64,000 nucleotides of DNA from the NCBI GenBank assembly GCA_900540835.1, contig UQHN01000004.1:165-64164 (forward strand). The letters run 5' to 3'. Below the pieces are notes generated by a model that did not search any database, was not told the origin of the DNA, and saw only the letters and a program-made list of their open reading frames with translations. This stretch comes from an uncultured Collinsella sp. (GTDB lineage: Bacteria > Actinomycetota > Coriobacteriia > Coriobacteriales > Coriobacteriaceae). Below are positions 47,929-56,408 of the stretch, piece after piece. Each line of letters opens with the position of its first letter. The first letter of the stretch is position 1. The translations under genes were made by a program, and so were the position numbers.

Positions 47929-50900
47929 TCACGCTTCGCCCCAGAATCTATGCGTGTTGCGCAGGAGCTGTGCGGTTTTGCCCTCGGCGGCCGCAACGTC
48001 GGCCTCGTCAGCCTGCCAGGTCCAGTTGCCCGTGGCCACGCCCGGTACGTTCATGCGCGCGTCGTCGCCCAGCCCCAGGACATCCTGCAGCGGCATCATC
48101 ACCAGGGGAGCGTCGCTTGCCAGCGCATCGCTCATCAGCTTGGCCGCCACCTCAACACCGCTCGGTTCGTCGCCGCCCGCAAAGGAACGCGTACACCAAC
48201 CCGCGAGCGTCGACGTGTCGTGCGTCGAGGTATACAGGATCTTTCCTGGCGTAGGGTGCACGCCGCAACGGACGTCGTAGTCGCCAAACTCCAGCACGTC
48301 CATGCCGGGGAAGCCGCAGGTCGAGGCCATGGCGCGAACGCCGGGCGTCAAATAGCCCAGGTCCTCGGCAATAAAGTTGAGCGGACCCAGCTCGTCATAG
48401 GCGGTCTGAAACAGGTCCTTGCCCGGTCCCGCCAGCCAGCGACCTTCGGCGCAAGCCTTGCCAGCGGGGATACTGAAGTAGCTGTGGAAGCCCAAGAAGT
48501 GATCCAGACGCACGCGGTCGTAAAGTGAGAACGCACGACGTAGGCGATCCATCCACCAGCTATAGCCGTTCTGCTTCATGTGGTCCCAGCGGAACGTCGG
48601 GTTGCCCCACACCTGGCCCTCGGGCGCAAAGTTATCGGGCGGCGCACCGGAGATCTCGATTGCCTTGCCGGTATCGGATAGCCAGAAAATCTCGGGTTCG
48701 CTCCACGCATCTGCCGAATCGTCGGACACGTACATAGGGATATCGCCGATGACCTCGATGCCCTTCTTGTGCGCGTAGTTCATGAGCTCGCACCAGGCTA
48801 GGTCAAAGCGGTACTGCATGTACGCCTGAAGCTCGGCCTCGTCGTGGAAGCGCTTGTCGTCAATCAGGTGCTCGTTGTAGCGCGCAACATCTGCCGGCCA
48901 ATCGTGGCGCGACTCGCCCTCAAAGTATTTCTTGACGGCCATGTAGACGCAGTACTTCTCGAGCCAATCGGCATTGCGATGTTTAAACGCGGTGTACAGC
49001 GGATCGGCATCCTCGCCGCCACGGGCCTTCCAAGTTTCAAAGTCGGCCGCCAGCTCCTCGTGGCTTTCGGGCAGCAGGTCGATATTACCTGCAAAGGCCG
49101 AAGGACCGGCGTAAGGGGAGCGGAAGAAGTCCGTCGGGTTGACAGGCAGGACCTGCCAGTAGCGCATGCCCATAGCGGCCAGATGGTCGATAAAGCGACG
49201 CGTGGGTGCGCCGATCGTACCGGGCTTGCCGTCATCGGTCGGTACCGAGGTGATATGGCACACAACGCCCGCGCCGTGATCGAGCGGCTCCTGCAGGCGC
49301 TGCTCGGCATGGTGATAGATGATCGACGAGCCCAGCGGATACAAATCGAGCGTGACCGTGCCGTTGTGGATCTCGCACTCGTGACCGCTGATCACGTCAC
49401 TCGCGCATTCGTCGAGCGCCGGAATCGTCACGCGGTGCGAATTGCGCAGACTACGGTTAATGATAACCGTCGCGGACTCGCCATCCCTGCCCGTGCGGTT
49501 GTATGCCAGCACCTCGTCGTTGAGCGCGAAGGCCTTGATCTCGCCGTCGATCATAAACGGCAGTGCGCGGCGTACGGCGGAGGCGTTTTTGACAATAGCC
49601 AGCGTGTCGAAGTCGTGCAGTTGGTCCTTGGTCGGCATGGTGCGGCGGTTGCCCGGATCGGTAAGGCCCTCCAGGCCGTATTCGTCGCCGTAGTAGATCG
49701 AAGGCACGCCGGGGAAGGTCATCTGCATGAGCGTTGCAAGCCAAAAACGGCTCTTGGCCAGGCCCATCGCGTTCTCGTCCAGACGCCACTTGCTGCGCTC
49801 GCACTCGGGCAGCTGCGACTCGTCGGGGCCGCCGCCGAGCACCGAGATGATACGCGGGCGGTCGTGGCTCGAAAGCAGGTTGAGCGCGCAAGACAGGGCC
49901 TCACGCGGATAGTTCTCGCGTAGGGTCTCGATATCCTCGGCAGCTTGGTAGGCGTTTTTGTAGCCCATCAAAAAGCCGATGACCATGTCGCGGAAGGGGT
50001 AATCCATGGCAGAGTCCAGCTCGGAGCCCTGCAGGTAGCGGCGCAGATGGCCGTAGCTAATCTTGTTGGAGGCGTCCTCCCAGACTTCGCCGAGCAACAG
50101 TGCGTCAGGCTTTTCGGCAAGCACGGCCTTCTTGATCTCGGCCAGGAAGTCGTCGGAAAGCTCGTCAGCGACGTCCAGGCGCCAACCATGGGCACCGGCG
50201 CGCAGCCATTTGCGGATCACGCCGTCCTTACCTAGGAGCTTCTCGCGTACTAGCTCGGACTTCTCGTTGATGGCCGGCATGTTGCCCACACCCCACCAGC
50301 AGTCGTACGAGCCGTCCTCGTGGAAGGTAAACGCATCGCGCCACGGCGAGTCCTCGCTCTGCCACGCGCCCACGCCGGGGTAGTTGCCGTAGCGGTTGAA
50401 ATAGATCGAGTCGTCGCCCGTGTGGTTGAAGACGCCGTCCAGAATAACGGAGATGCCCAGCTTCTCGGCTGCCTGGCACAGCTCGGTAAAGTCCTGCTCG
50501 GTGCCCAGGATCGGGTCGATCTTGGTGTAGTCGGCCGTGTCGTAACGGTGGTTGCTCGCGGCTTCAAAGATGGGGTTGAGGTAGATGGCCGTAAAGCCCA
50601 ACTCGGCGATGCGGGGCAGGTCTTCCTGGATGCCCTTGAGCGAGCCGCCGTAGAAGTCCCAGGTCTTGATGGAGCCGTCCTCGGCGCGCTCGTATACGGG
50701 CGGCTCGTTCCAGTCCTCGACCATCCGGCGCTGAATACCCTTGCGCGGTTTTTCGAGTTCGGCCATTGTACGCTCGCGCCAATGCTCGTCACGGGCATAG
50801 CGATCGGGGAAGATCTGGTACACCATGCCGCGCTCGTACCAGGTGGGGCGGTTCTCGCGGTGCTTGTAGACGGTAATCTGGAAGGACGGAACCTCGGAGT

Positions 50901-51225
50901 AGTCGTAGGTCACACCCTCGCCACCGGTGCGACCCTGCGGTGCACCCAAGCGGACCTCGGGCTGGCCCTCGATATTGCAGATAAAGCTGTACCAGATAAG
51001 ACAGGGCTCGGTGCACTCAAGCTCTGCAGTAAATATGCCGTCGCCCTCGTGCGTCATGGGATACAGAGACTCACCGATTTCATCGACCCAGGTGCGCAGC
51101 GTAAGCGTTGCCTGGTTGGGATCGGCATCCTCCAAAATCACCGAGAGTGCAACGGAAGTTCCAGTGGTCACAGCGCCAAACGGAGTGCGAAACTGCGGCA
51201 GGCGGCTGTTGTGAATCAATCTCAT
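47929..51225 (-). CDS. malQ: Bifunctional GH13 alpha-amylase-family enzyme (neopullulanase/amylopullulanase-like) fused to GH77 4-alpha-glucanotransferase (MalQ)
   Basis: The N-terminal ~600 aa carry GH13 regions (GFTAIYLNPIF, DGVFNHTG, GWRLDVADE, EVWE, SHD). The C-terminal ~480 aa carry GH77 hallmarks (YWQVLPVNPTD, SPYAGPSAFAGN, GDIPMYVSDDSADAW, VWGNP, RLDHFLGF). Confidence 0.8.
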   Translation of the reverse strand: MRLIHNSRLPQFRTPFGAVTTGTSVALSVILEDADPNQATLTLRTWVDEIGESLYPMTHEGDGIFTAELECTEPCLIWYSFICNIEGQPEVRLGAPQGRTGGEGVTYDYSEVPSFQITVYKHRENRPTWYERGMVYQIFPDRYARDEHWRERTMAELEKPRKGIQRRMVEDWNEPPVYERAEDGSIKTWDFYGGSLKGIQEDLPRIAELGFTAIYLNPIFEAASNHRYDTADYTKIDPILGTEQDFTELCQAAEKLGISVILDGVFNHTGDDSIYFNRYGNYPGVGAWQSEDSPWRDAFTFHEDGSYDCWWGVGNMPAINEKSELVREKLLGKDGVIRKWLRAGAHGWRLDVADELSDDFLAEIKKAVLAEKPDALLLGEVWEDASNKISYGHLRRYLQGSELDSAMDYPFRDMVIGFLMGYKNAYQAAEDIETLRENYPREALSCALNLLSSHDRPRIISVLGGGPDESQLPECERSKWRLDENAMGLAKSRFWLATLMQMTFPGVPSIYYGDEYGLEGLTDPGNRRTMPTKDQLHDFDTLAIVKNASAVRRALPFMIDGEIKAFALNDEVLAYNRTGRDGESATVIINRSLRNSHRVTIPALDECASDVISGHECEIHNGTVTLDLYPLGSSIIYHHAEQRLQEPLDHGAGVVCHITSVPTDDGKPGTIGAPTRRFIDHLAAMGMRYWQVLPVNPTDFFRSPYAGPSAFAGNIDLLPESHEELAADFETWKARGGEDADPLYTAFKHRNADWLEKYCVYMAVKKYFEGESRHDWPADVARYNEHLIDDKRFHDEAELQAYMQYRFDLAWCELMNYAHKKGIEVIGDIPMYVSDDSADAWSEPEIFWLSDTGKAIEISGAPPDNFAPEGQVWGNPTFRWDHMKQNGYSWWMDRLRRAFSLYDRVRLDHFLGFHSYFSIPAGKACAEGRWLAGPGKDLFQTAYDELGPLNFIAEDLGYLTPGVRAMASTCGFPGMDVLEFGDYDVRCGVHPTPGKILYTSTHDTSTLAGWCTRSFAGGDEPSGVEVAAKLMSDALASDAPLVMMPLQDVLGLGDDARMNVPGVATGNWTWQADEADVAAAEGKTAQLLRNTHRFWGEA

Positions 51226-51430
51226 AGTACGGTCCAGTTCTATACAGTCATGGCCAACGGGCCATGGGCTAAACGCACAGTACTTAAGTATATCGTTGCA
51301 CTTTAGTTGTATAAACTACAGCCGCTCATTATCGGCGAACGGTTGTCCTAGAAAATCGTTTTACCATCCACATTATCGCGATACTCGAAAACGCCTATGT
51401 AGATAGTATTTGTAGCCAAACAAAACAGCT

Positions 51431-51564
51431 CCGGTTTACTACGACGAATTGAATGATCTCAACCACAGTCATTTTAGTGATATTAAAACTGCAGGTAGAA
51501 GCGTTGCCAATTTCGATGATTACTCGCCGTGGTCGGCCGGAGCCATTTTGTCGTAGTAAACCGG
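51431..51564. repeat. Intergenic repeat element, family 2 copy B
   Basis: Terminal inverted repeat CCGGTTTACTACGAC / GTCGTAGTAAACCGG. The core AAAACTGCAGGTAGAAGCGTTGCC sits at the same offset as in copy A, and total length is the same. Confidence 0.7.
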
Positions 51565-51594
51565 CCCTCTTTTTAATGCGGGGTTCAACCAAGA

Positions 51595-51627
51595 AGAGGG
51601 CGCCTGCTTGGGGCGCCCTCTTTTGCG
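51595..51627 (-). terminator. Hairpin downstream of glgA (possible bidirectional terminator)
   Basis: AGAGGGCGCC-tgcttg-GGGCGCCCTCT with T-runs on both flanks. Confidence 0.4.
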
Positions 51628-51654
51628 TTGAGGATTAAGTTTTAATCGTCAGGA

Positions 51655-53943
51655 TTAGCGGCGCTTGCGGGTGGCAGTTGCCTTGCGGACGGAGGTCTTC
51701 TTGGTCGGAGCCTTTTCCTCGGCCGGAGTGGCGGGGGAGACCGGAGTCTCCTTGGCAGGCTCGGGCTTAGCCTCTGCCTTCGGTGCGGCCTTGACCCCAG
51801 CGGCCTTCGGCGTCGGCTTGGCCTTTACCTCGGCCTTGGGCTCCTCTTTGGCAGCAGCGGGCTTAGCCTCTGCCTTGGGAGTTGCGGCCTTTGCCGTGGA
51901 CTTCTTGGCCGTCGTCGTTGCGCGCTTGCGCGTGGTGGTCTTGGCGGTCGGCTTGGCCTCGACAGCTGCCTCGGCCTTGGGCTCGGCGGCTGTCTCCTCG
52001 ACCTTGACGGCGGGCTTTGCGGCAGCCTTCAGAGCGGCCTTTGTCACAGTAGCCTTGGCGACCGTCGACTTCGTTGCCGTGGTCTTCTTGGCAGCTGTTG
52101 CCTTCTTGGCGGTCGTGGTCGTCTTCTTGGCAGCGGTCTTTGCCGGAGCCTTGGCGGACGGCTTGACCTCTGCGACCTCGGCCTTTACCTCGGCGGCGGC
52201 CTCGACCTCCGCGGCCTTCTTGGCAGCGGCGGTCGTGCGCTTGCGCGTCGTCGTTGCCTTGGCAGCGGTCATGGTCGTCGTAGTCTTCTTGGCCGTCGTC
52301 TTACGAGTCGCGGTCTTCTTTGCCGCAGGCTTCGTAGTGGGCTTCACCTCAGGCTCGGCCTTTGCGGGCTCAGCCTCAACCGGCTTCTCTTCGGCCTTGG
52401 GCTCCTCAGCGGCCACCGGCTCAGCAACAGCCTCAGGCTCGTCGACAACAGCCGCCGGCCGCTCAATCTCCGGATGCATAAAGAAGTACAGGTCCAGATA
52501 CTTGTCAGCCGAGCGCGTCCAGCTATAGTCCTGGCTCATGGCTTGCGTGACCAGCTGGTTCCAGGCATCGCGGTTGTCCCAGAACAGGCGTGCCGCACGG
52601 AACACGGCGTCGCCCATCTCGTCGCCGTTAAAGTTACTAAACGAGAAGCCCGTGCCCTCGCCGGTAAACTCGTTATACGGAATCACAGTGTCCTTCAGAC
52701 CACCGGTCTCGCGCACGATGGGCAGGGTACCGTAGCGCATGGCGATGATCTGCGACAGGCCGCAGGGCTCAAACTTCGAAGGCATCAGGAACATGTCGGC
52801 TGCGGCATACATGCGCTGCGACAGCGCCGGATCGAACTCGATGCGCGCGGCCATGGTGCCGGGGTATTTGTCCTGGAAGTAGCGCAGTCCGTCCTCGTAG
52901 TCGCGGTCGCCGGTGCCCAGAACGGCCACCTGAACGCCGCCGGCTAGGATGCGATCGAGCGCGTACATGACCAGGTCCATACCCTTTTGGCGCGTCAGGC
53001 GCGTGACCATCACCATAAGCGGACGGTCGTCGCGAACCTCGAGTCCCAGCTCTTCCTGCAGCTTGGCCTTGCACACGGCCTTGCCAGAACGGTCCTCCAC
53101 GGTGTAGTTGGCGGCAATGCGCTTGTCGGTCGCCGGGTCAAAGCCTGCCACATCAATGCCATTAAGGATGCCCTGCAGCGCGTACGAACGCTCGCGCAGC
53201 ACGCCATCCAGGCCCTCGCCAAACTCGGGCGTCTGGATCTCGTTGGCATAGGTGGGGCTCACCGTGGTGATGGCATCGGCATAGCGCAGGGCACCCAGCA
53301 TGTAGTTGATGCTGCAGGCGTCGCAACGCAGCTGCGAGGCGGCCGCCGGAATGTGCGCCACGCCCAGGATGTCCTCCATCACGGTGTCGCTAAACTGGCC
53401 TTGGAACGCCACGTTGTGGATCGAGAATACGGTCTTGACGCGGTCGTACAGTGGCAGGCCCTGGTAGAACTCGCGCAAGAACACGGGCGCCAGTGCCGTT
53501 TGCCAGTCGTTGCAGTGCAGTATGTCGCACTCAAAGCCGGCCGGCAGGTGCTGCAGACTCTCGGTGATGGCCTTGGAGAAGAACGCAAAGCGCTCGCCGT
53601 CGTCAAAGAAGCCGTACGGATAGTCGCGCGCAAAGTAGCGCTCGTTGTCGATGAACATATAGGTGACGCCGTCGTGCTCGAGCTTCTCGAGTCCGCAGTA
53701 CTCGTTGCGCCAGCCCAGGCTCACGTAAAAGTCGGAGAAGTGCTCCATCTGTGCCTTGTACTCGTCCTTGATGGTGGCGTACTTGGGCACCATCACGATA
53801 ACCTCGGCGCCGGCGCGCACGAGCGCCGCAGGCAGCGAGCCCGCCACGTCGCCCAGGCCGCCGGTCTTCACAAACGGCGCGCACTCGGCCGAGGCAAACA
53901 CGATCTGCATCTTTTTGCTGGAATCTGCCATATTGTCTCCCAT
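51655..53943 (-). CDS. glgA: Glycogen synthase (GT5) with a ~280 aa Lys/Ala/Thr-rich C-terminal tail
   Basis: N-terminal MQIVFASAECAPFVKTGGLGDV. Likely start is ATG 53931, which has an RBS gggaga. Catalytic domain is ~480 aa, then a PEAVAEP...AKKTATRKTTAKK...KAAPKAEAKPE low-complexity basic tail. Confidence 0.85.
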   Translation of the reverse strand: MGDNMADSSKKMQIVFASAECAPFVKTGGLGDVAGSLPAALVRAGAEVIVMVPKYATIKDEYKAQMEHFSDFYVSLGWRNEYCGLEKLEHDGVTYMFIDNERYFARDYPYGFFDDGERFAFFSKAITESLQHLPAGFECDILHCNDWQTALAPVFLREFYQGLPLYDRVKTVFSIHNVAFQGQFSDTVMEDILGVAHIPAAASQLRCDACSINYMLGALRYADAITTVSPTYANEIQTPEFGEGLDGVLRERSYALQGILNGIDVAGFDPATDKRIAANYTVEDRSGKAVCKAKLQEELGLEVRDDRPLMVMVTRLTRQKGMDLVMYALDRILAGGVQVAVLGTGDRDYEDGLRYFQDKYPGTMAARIEFDPALSQRMYAAADMFLMPSKFEPCGLSQIIAMRYGTLPIVRETGGLKDTVIPYNEFTGEGTGFSFSNFNGDEMGDAVFRAARLFWDNRDAWNQLVTQAMSQDYSWTRSADKYLDLYFFMHPEIERPAAVVDEPEAVAEPVAAEEPKAEEKPVEAEPAKAEPEVKPTTKPAAKKTATRKTTAKKTTTTMTAAKATTTRKRTTAAAKKAAEVEAAAEVKAEVAEVKPSAKAPAKTAAKKTTTTAKKATAAKKTTATKSTVAKATVTKAALKAAAKPAVKVEETAAEPKAEAAVEAKPTAKTTTRKRATTTAKKSTAKAATPKAEAKPAAAKEEPKAEVKAKPTPKAAGVKAAPKAEAKPEPAKETPVSPATPAEEKAPTKKTSVRKATATRKRR

Positions 53944-54021
53944 GTTGCAATTCGAGAATAGCCGCCTGGCGCTAACCGGGCGGCTATTCTACATGTTACG
54001 AGCGATGTTGCGGTGCCAACG

Positions 54022-55149
54022 TTAACGTACGATGGTGGTGTCGGAAGTTAACGGAGCCTTGCCCAGCACCAGGATGTTCTCGGGCGTGCCGCGAAGCTCG
54101 GTGTTGGTGGGAACCACGTTGTTCTTGTCCAGGATGGCGTTCTCGACGCGGGCGCCGCTCTTGATGATGCAGCTCTGGTTGATGATCGAGTTGGTGACCG
54201 AAGCGCCTTCCTCGACCACAACGCCGCGCGACAGGATCGAGTTGCGCACGGTGCCCTTGATGATGCAGCCGGCCGAGATGATCGAGTTGCACGCGTGGCT
54301 GCCGGTCGCATAGCGCGAAGGCGGCACGTCGTGAGCCTTGGTCAGGATCGGACGCTCGGGGTCAAAGAGCTGGTCGGCCACGGTCTGGTCGAGCAGGTCC
54401 ATGCTGCGGCGATACAGCGACTTCTCGCTAAACACGCCCACGACCTCGCCCTTGTACTCGTAGCTGCACACGTCGATGTTGCCAAAGTCGCCCTGGAGTG
54501 CCTCGAGCAGGTCCAGATAGTCGGCGGCCTGGTAGTGGTCGATGATCTCGAGCAGCGTCTCGCGGTTGACGATGCAGCAGTCCATGGAGGCGTTGTCGCC
54601 GTACACGACGCCGGCGCTCACGCCCGTCAGGCGGCCGTTCTCGTTAATCTCGAGCTTGGTCTCGTCATCGACGTTGCGCGTGGCCTTGCAGTACACCACG
54701 GTCATCTGGGCGCCAGAGTTCTCGTGCGCCTCGATGATGGTGTTGAGGTCCATGTTAAAGATGATGTTGGTGCCCATCATCACAACATAGGGCTTGTCCG
54801 AGCGCTGGAACAGCGTCTTGTTGGAGATGATGTCGCGCAGCAAGAAGCGCATACCGCCCTTGGTGGTGCCATACGCGTTGCCGGGGACCATGAACAGGCC
54901 GCCCTTCTTGCGGTCCAGGCCCCAGTCCTTGCCCGAGCCCACGTGATCGATCAGCGAGCGGTAGTTGCCCGGCATGACGACGCCGACGGTCTTAATGCCG
55001 GCATTCATCATGTTGGACAGCGGGAAGTCGATCAGGCGGTAGCGGCCCAAAAACGGAACGGACGCGATGGGGCGGTCCTTGAGCAGCACGCTGCCGTAGG
55101 TCGAAGAGTAGTTAGCGGTGATATAACCGATGGCCTTGCGATTGATCAT
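54022..55149 (-). CDS. glgD: Glucose-1-phosphate adenylyltransferase regulatory subunit GlgD
   Basis: NTP-transferase fold plus left-handed beta-helix, lacking the GlgC catalytic GG-G-RL motif. Start at ATG 55149 (RBS aaggggga); the ORF track opens at 55188. Confidence 0.8.
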   Translation of the reverse strand: MINRKAIGYITANYSSTYGSVLLKDRPIASVPFLGRYRLIDFPLSNMMNAGIKTVGVVMPGNYRSLIDHVGSGKDWGLDRKKGGLFMVPGNAYGTTKGGMRFLLRDIISNKTLFQRSDKPYVVMMGTNIIFNMDLNTIIEAHENSGAQMTVVYCKATRNVDDETKLEINENGRLTGVSAGVVYGDNASMDCCIVNRETLLEIIDHYQAADYLDLLEALQGDFGNIDVCSYEYKGEVVGVFSEKSLYRRSMDLLDQTVADQLFDPERPILTKAHDVPPSRYATGSHACNSIISAGCIIKGTVRNSILSRGVVVEEGASVTNSIINQSCIIKSGARVENAILDKNNVVPTNTELRGTPENILVLGKAPLTSDTTIVR

Positions 55150-55153
55150 CGGA

Positions 55154-56302
55154 TCATTCCCCCTTCCCGATAACGACGTCATTTCCAACGACGGCCGTAT
55201 CCTTGGTGGTATCGACAGAGCCGAGCTTCACGCCCTCTTCGACCGTGGAGTTCTCGCCCAAAATAGCGCGGCAGATGTGCGCGCCGCTCTTAACGTGCGC
55301 ACCCGGCAGCAGCACGGAGTCCTCGACCACGGCACGCTCCTCGATGATGACATCAGTCGAAAGAATCGAGTGGCGAGCGGTGCCGTAGATCTTGCAGCCG
55401 TTGGAGACCAGGCAGTCGTCCAGGCGGCCGTCCGGGCCAATATAGTGCGGCGGTCGCGTGGTGATGTTGGACATGATGGGGAAGTGCTTGTCGAACAGAT
55501 CGAACTCGGGGTTGTTGCCCAGCAGGTCCATCGAGGTCTCGTGGAAGCTGGCGATGGTGCCGACGTCCTTCCAAAAGCCGTGGAACTCGTAGCTGTACAG
55601 ACGCTTGTTCTCGCCGAGCAGCTTGGGGATGATGTCCTTGCCAAAGTCGTGGCTCGAACGCTGGTCCAGAGCGTCCTCCTCGAGCGCCTCGATCAGCACG
55701 TCGGCCGAGAAGATGTAGATGCCCATGGACGCGAGGTTCGAATCGGGCTTCTCGGGCTTCTCGGTAAACTTGGTAATGCGGCCATCCTCGGGGTCGGTGG
55801 TCAGGATGCCAAAGCGGCTGGCCTCCTCCCACGGCACGGGCATAACGCTCACCGTGAGGTCGGCGTTGTTCTCAATGTGCGTCTTGAGCATCTTGCGGTA
55901 GTCCATGCGATACAGGTGATCGCCCGAAAGAATCAGGACGTACTTGGGGTCGTTGGCCTTGATGTAGTCGAGGTTCTGCGTAATGGCGTCGGCCGTGCCC
56001 GCATACCAGGCGCCACCGGTCTGCGTCTCGTACGGCGGCAGGATCGACACGCCGCCGTCGCGGCTGTCCAGATCCCACGCCTCGCCGGAGCCCACGTAGG
56101 CATGCAGCAGGTAGGGACGGTACTGCGTCAGAACGCCCACCGTGTCGATGCCCGAGTTGGAGCAGTTGGACAGCGAAAAGTCGATAATGCGGAACTTGCC
56201 ACCAAAGCTAACCGCCGGCTTGGCGATCTTTTGGGTGAGTGCCCCCAATCGGCTGCCCTGTCCTCCTGCGAGGAGCATCGCGATGCATTCTTTCTTACTC
56301 AT
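55154..56302 (-). CDS. glgC: Glucose-1-phosphate adenylyltransferase
   Basis: [23 protein letters not shown] and the C-terminal LbH domain; RBS aaggag. Confidence 0.95.
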   Translation of the reverse strand: MSKKECIAMLLAGGQGSRLGALTQKIAKPAVSFGGKFRIIDFSLSNCSNSGIDTVGVLTQYRPYLLHAYVGSGEAWDLDSRDGGVSILPPYETQTGGAWYAGTADAITQNLDYIKANDPKYVLILSGDHLYRMDYRKMLKTHIENNADLTVSVMPVPWEEASRFGILTTDPEDGRITKFTEKPEKPDSNLASMGIYIFSADVLIEALEEDALDQRSSHDFGKDIIPKLLGENKRLYSYEFHGFWKDVGTIASFHETSMDLLGNNPEFDLFDKHFPIMSNITTRPPHYIGPDGRLDDCLVSNGCKIYGTARHSILSTDVIIEERAVVEDSVLLPGAHVKSGAHICRAILGENSTVEEGVKLGSVDTTKDTAVVGNDVVIGKGE

Positions 56303-56408
56303 CGATTTCTCCTTCTGTCATCGATGTTCCTAAACCCATTTGCGACGGGCGCGGCGCTCTGTCACGCCCGTCGAGTAATGCCGTGCGGCAAAGGGAGCTC
56401 GCGCGCCT

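Noticed and set aside
47355-48254. 299-aa plus-strand ORF spanning the family-2 repeat, the fmdB gene and the end of the GH13::GH77 gene
   Set aside because: It overlaps two well-supported minus-strand genes. Its N-terminal peptide similarity to the ORF at 51453-51638 (KPQVDGLP versus KLQVEALP) is just the conserved nucleotide core of the repeat element. There is no RBS.
51665-52528. 287-aa Ala/Val-rich ORF on the plus strand
   Set aside because: It is the reverse complement of the Lys/Ala-rich GlgA tail-coding repeats (AAG/GCC-rich), a compositional artefact rather than a gene.
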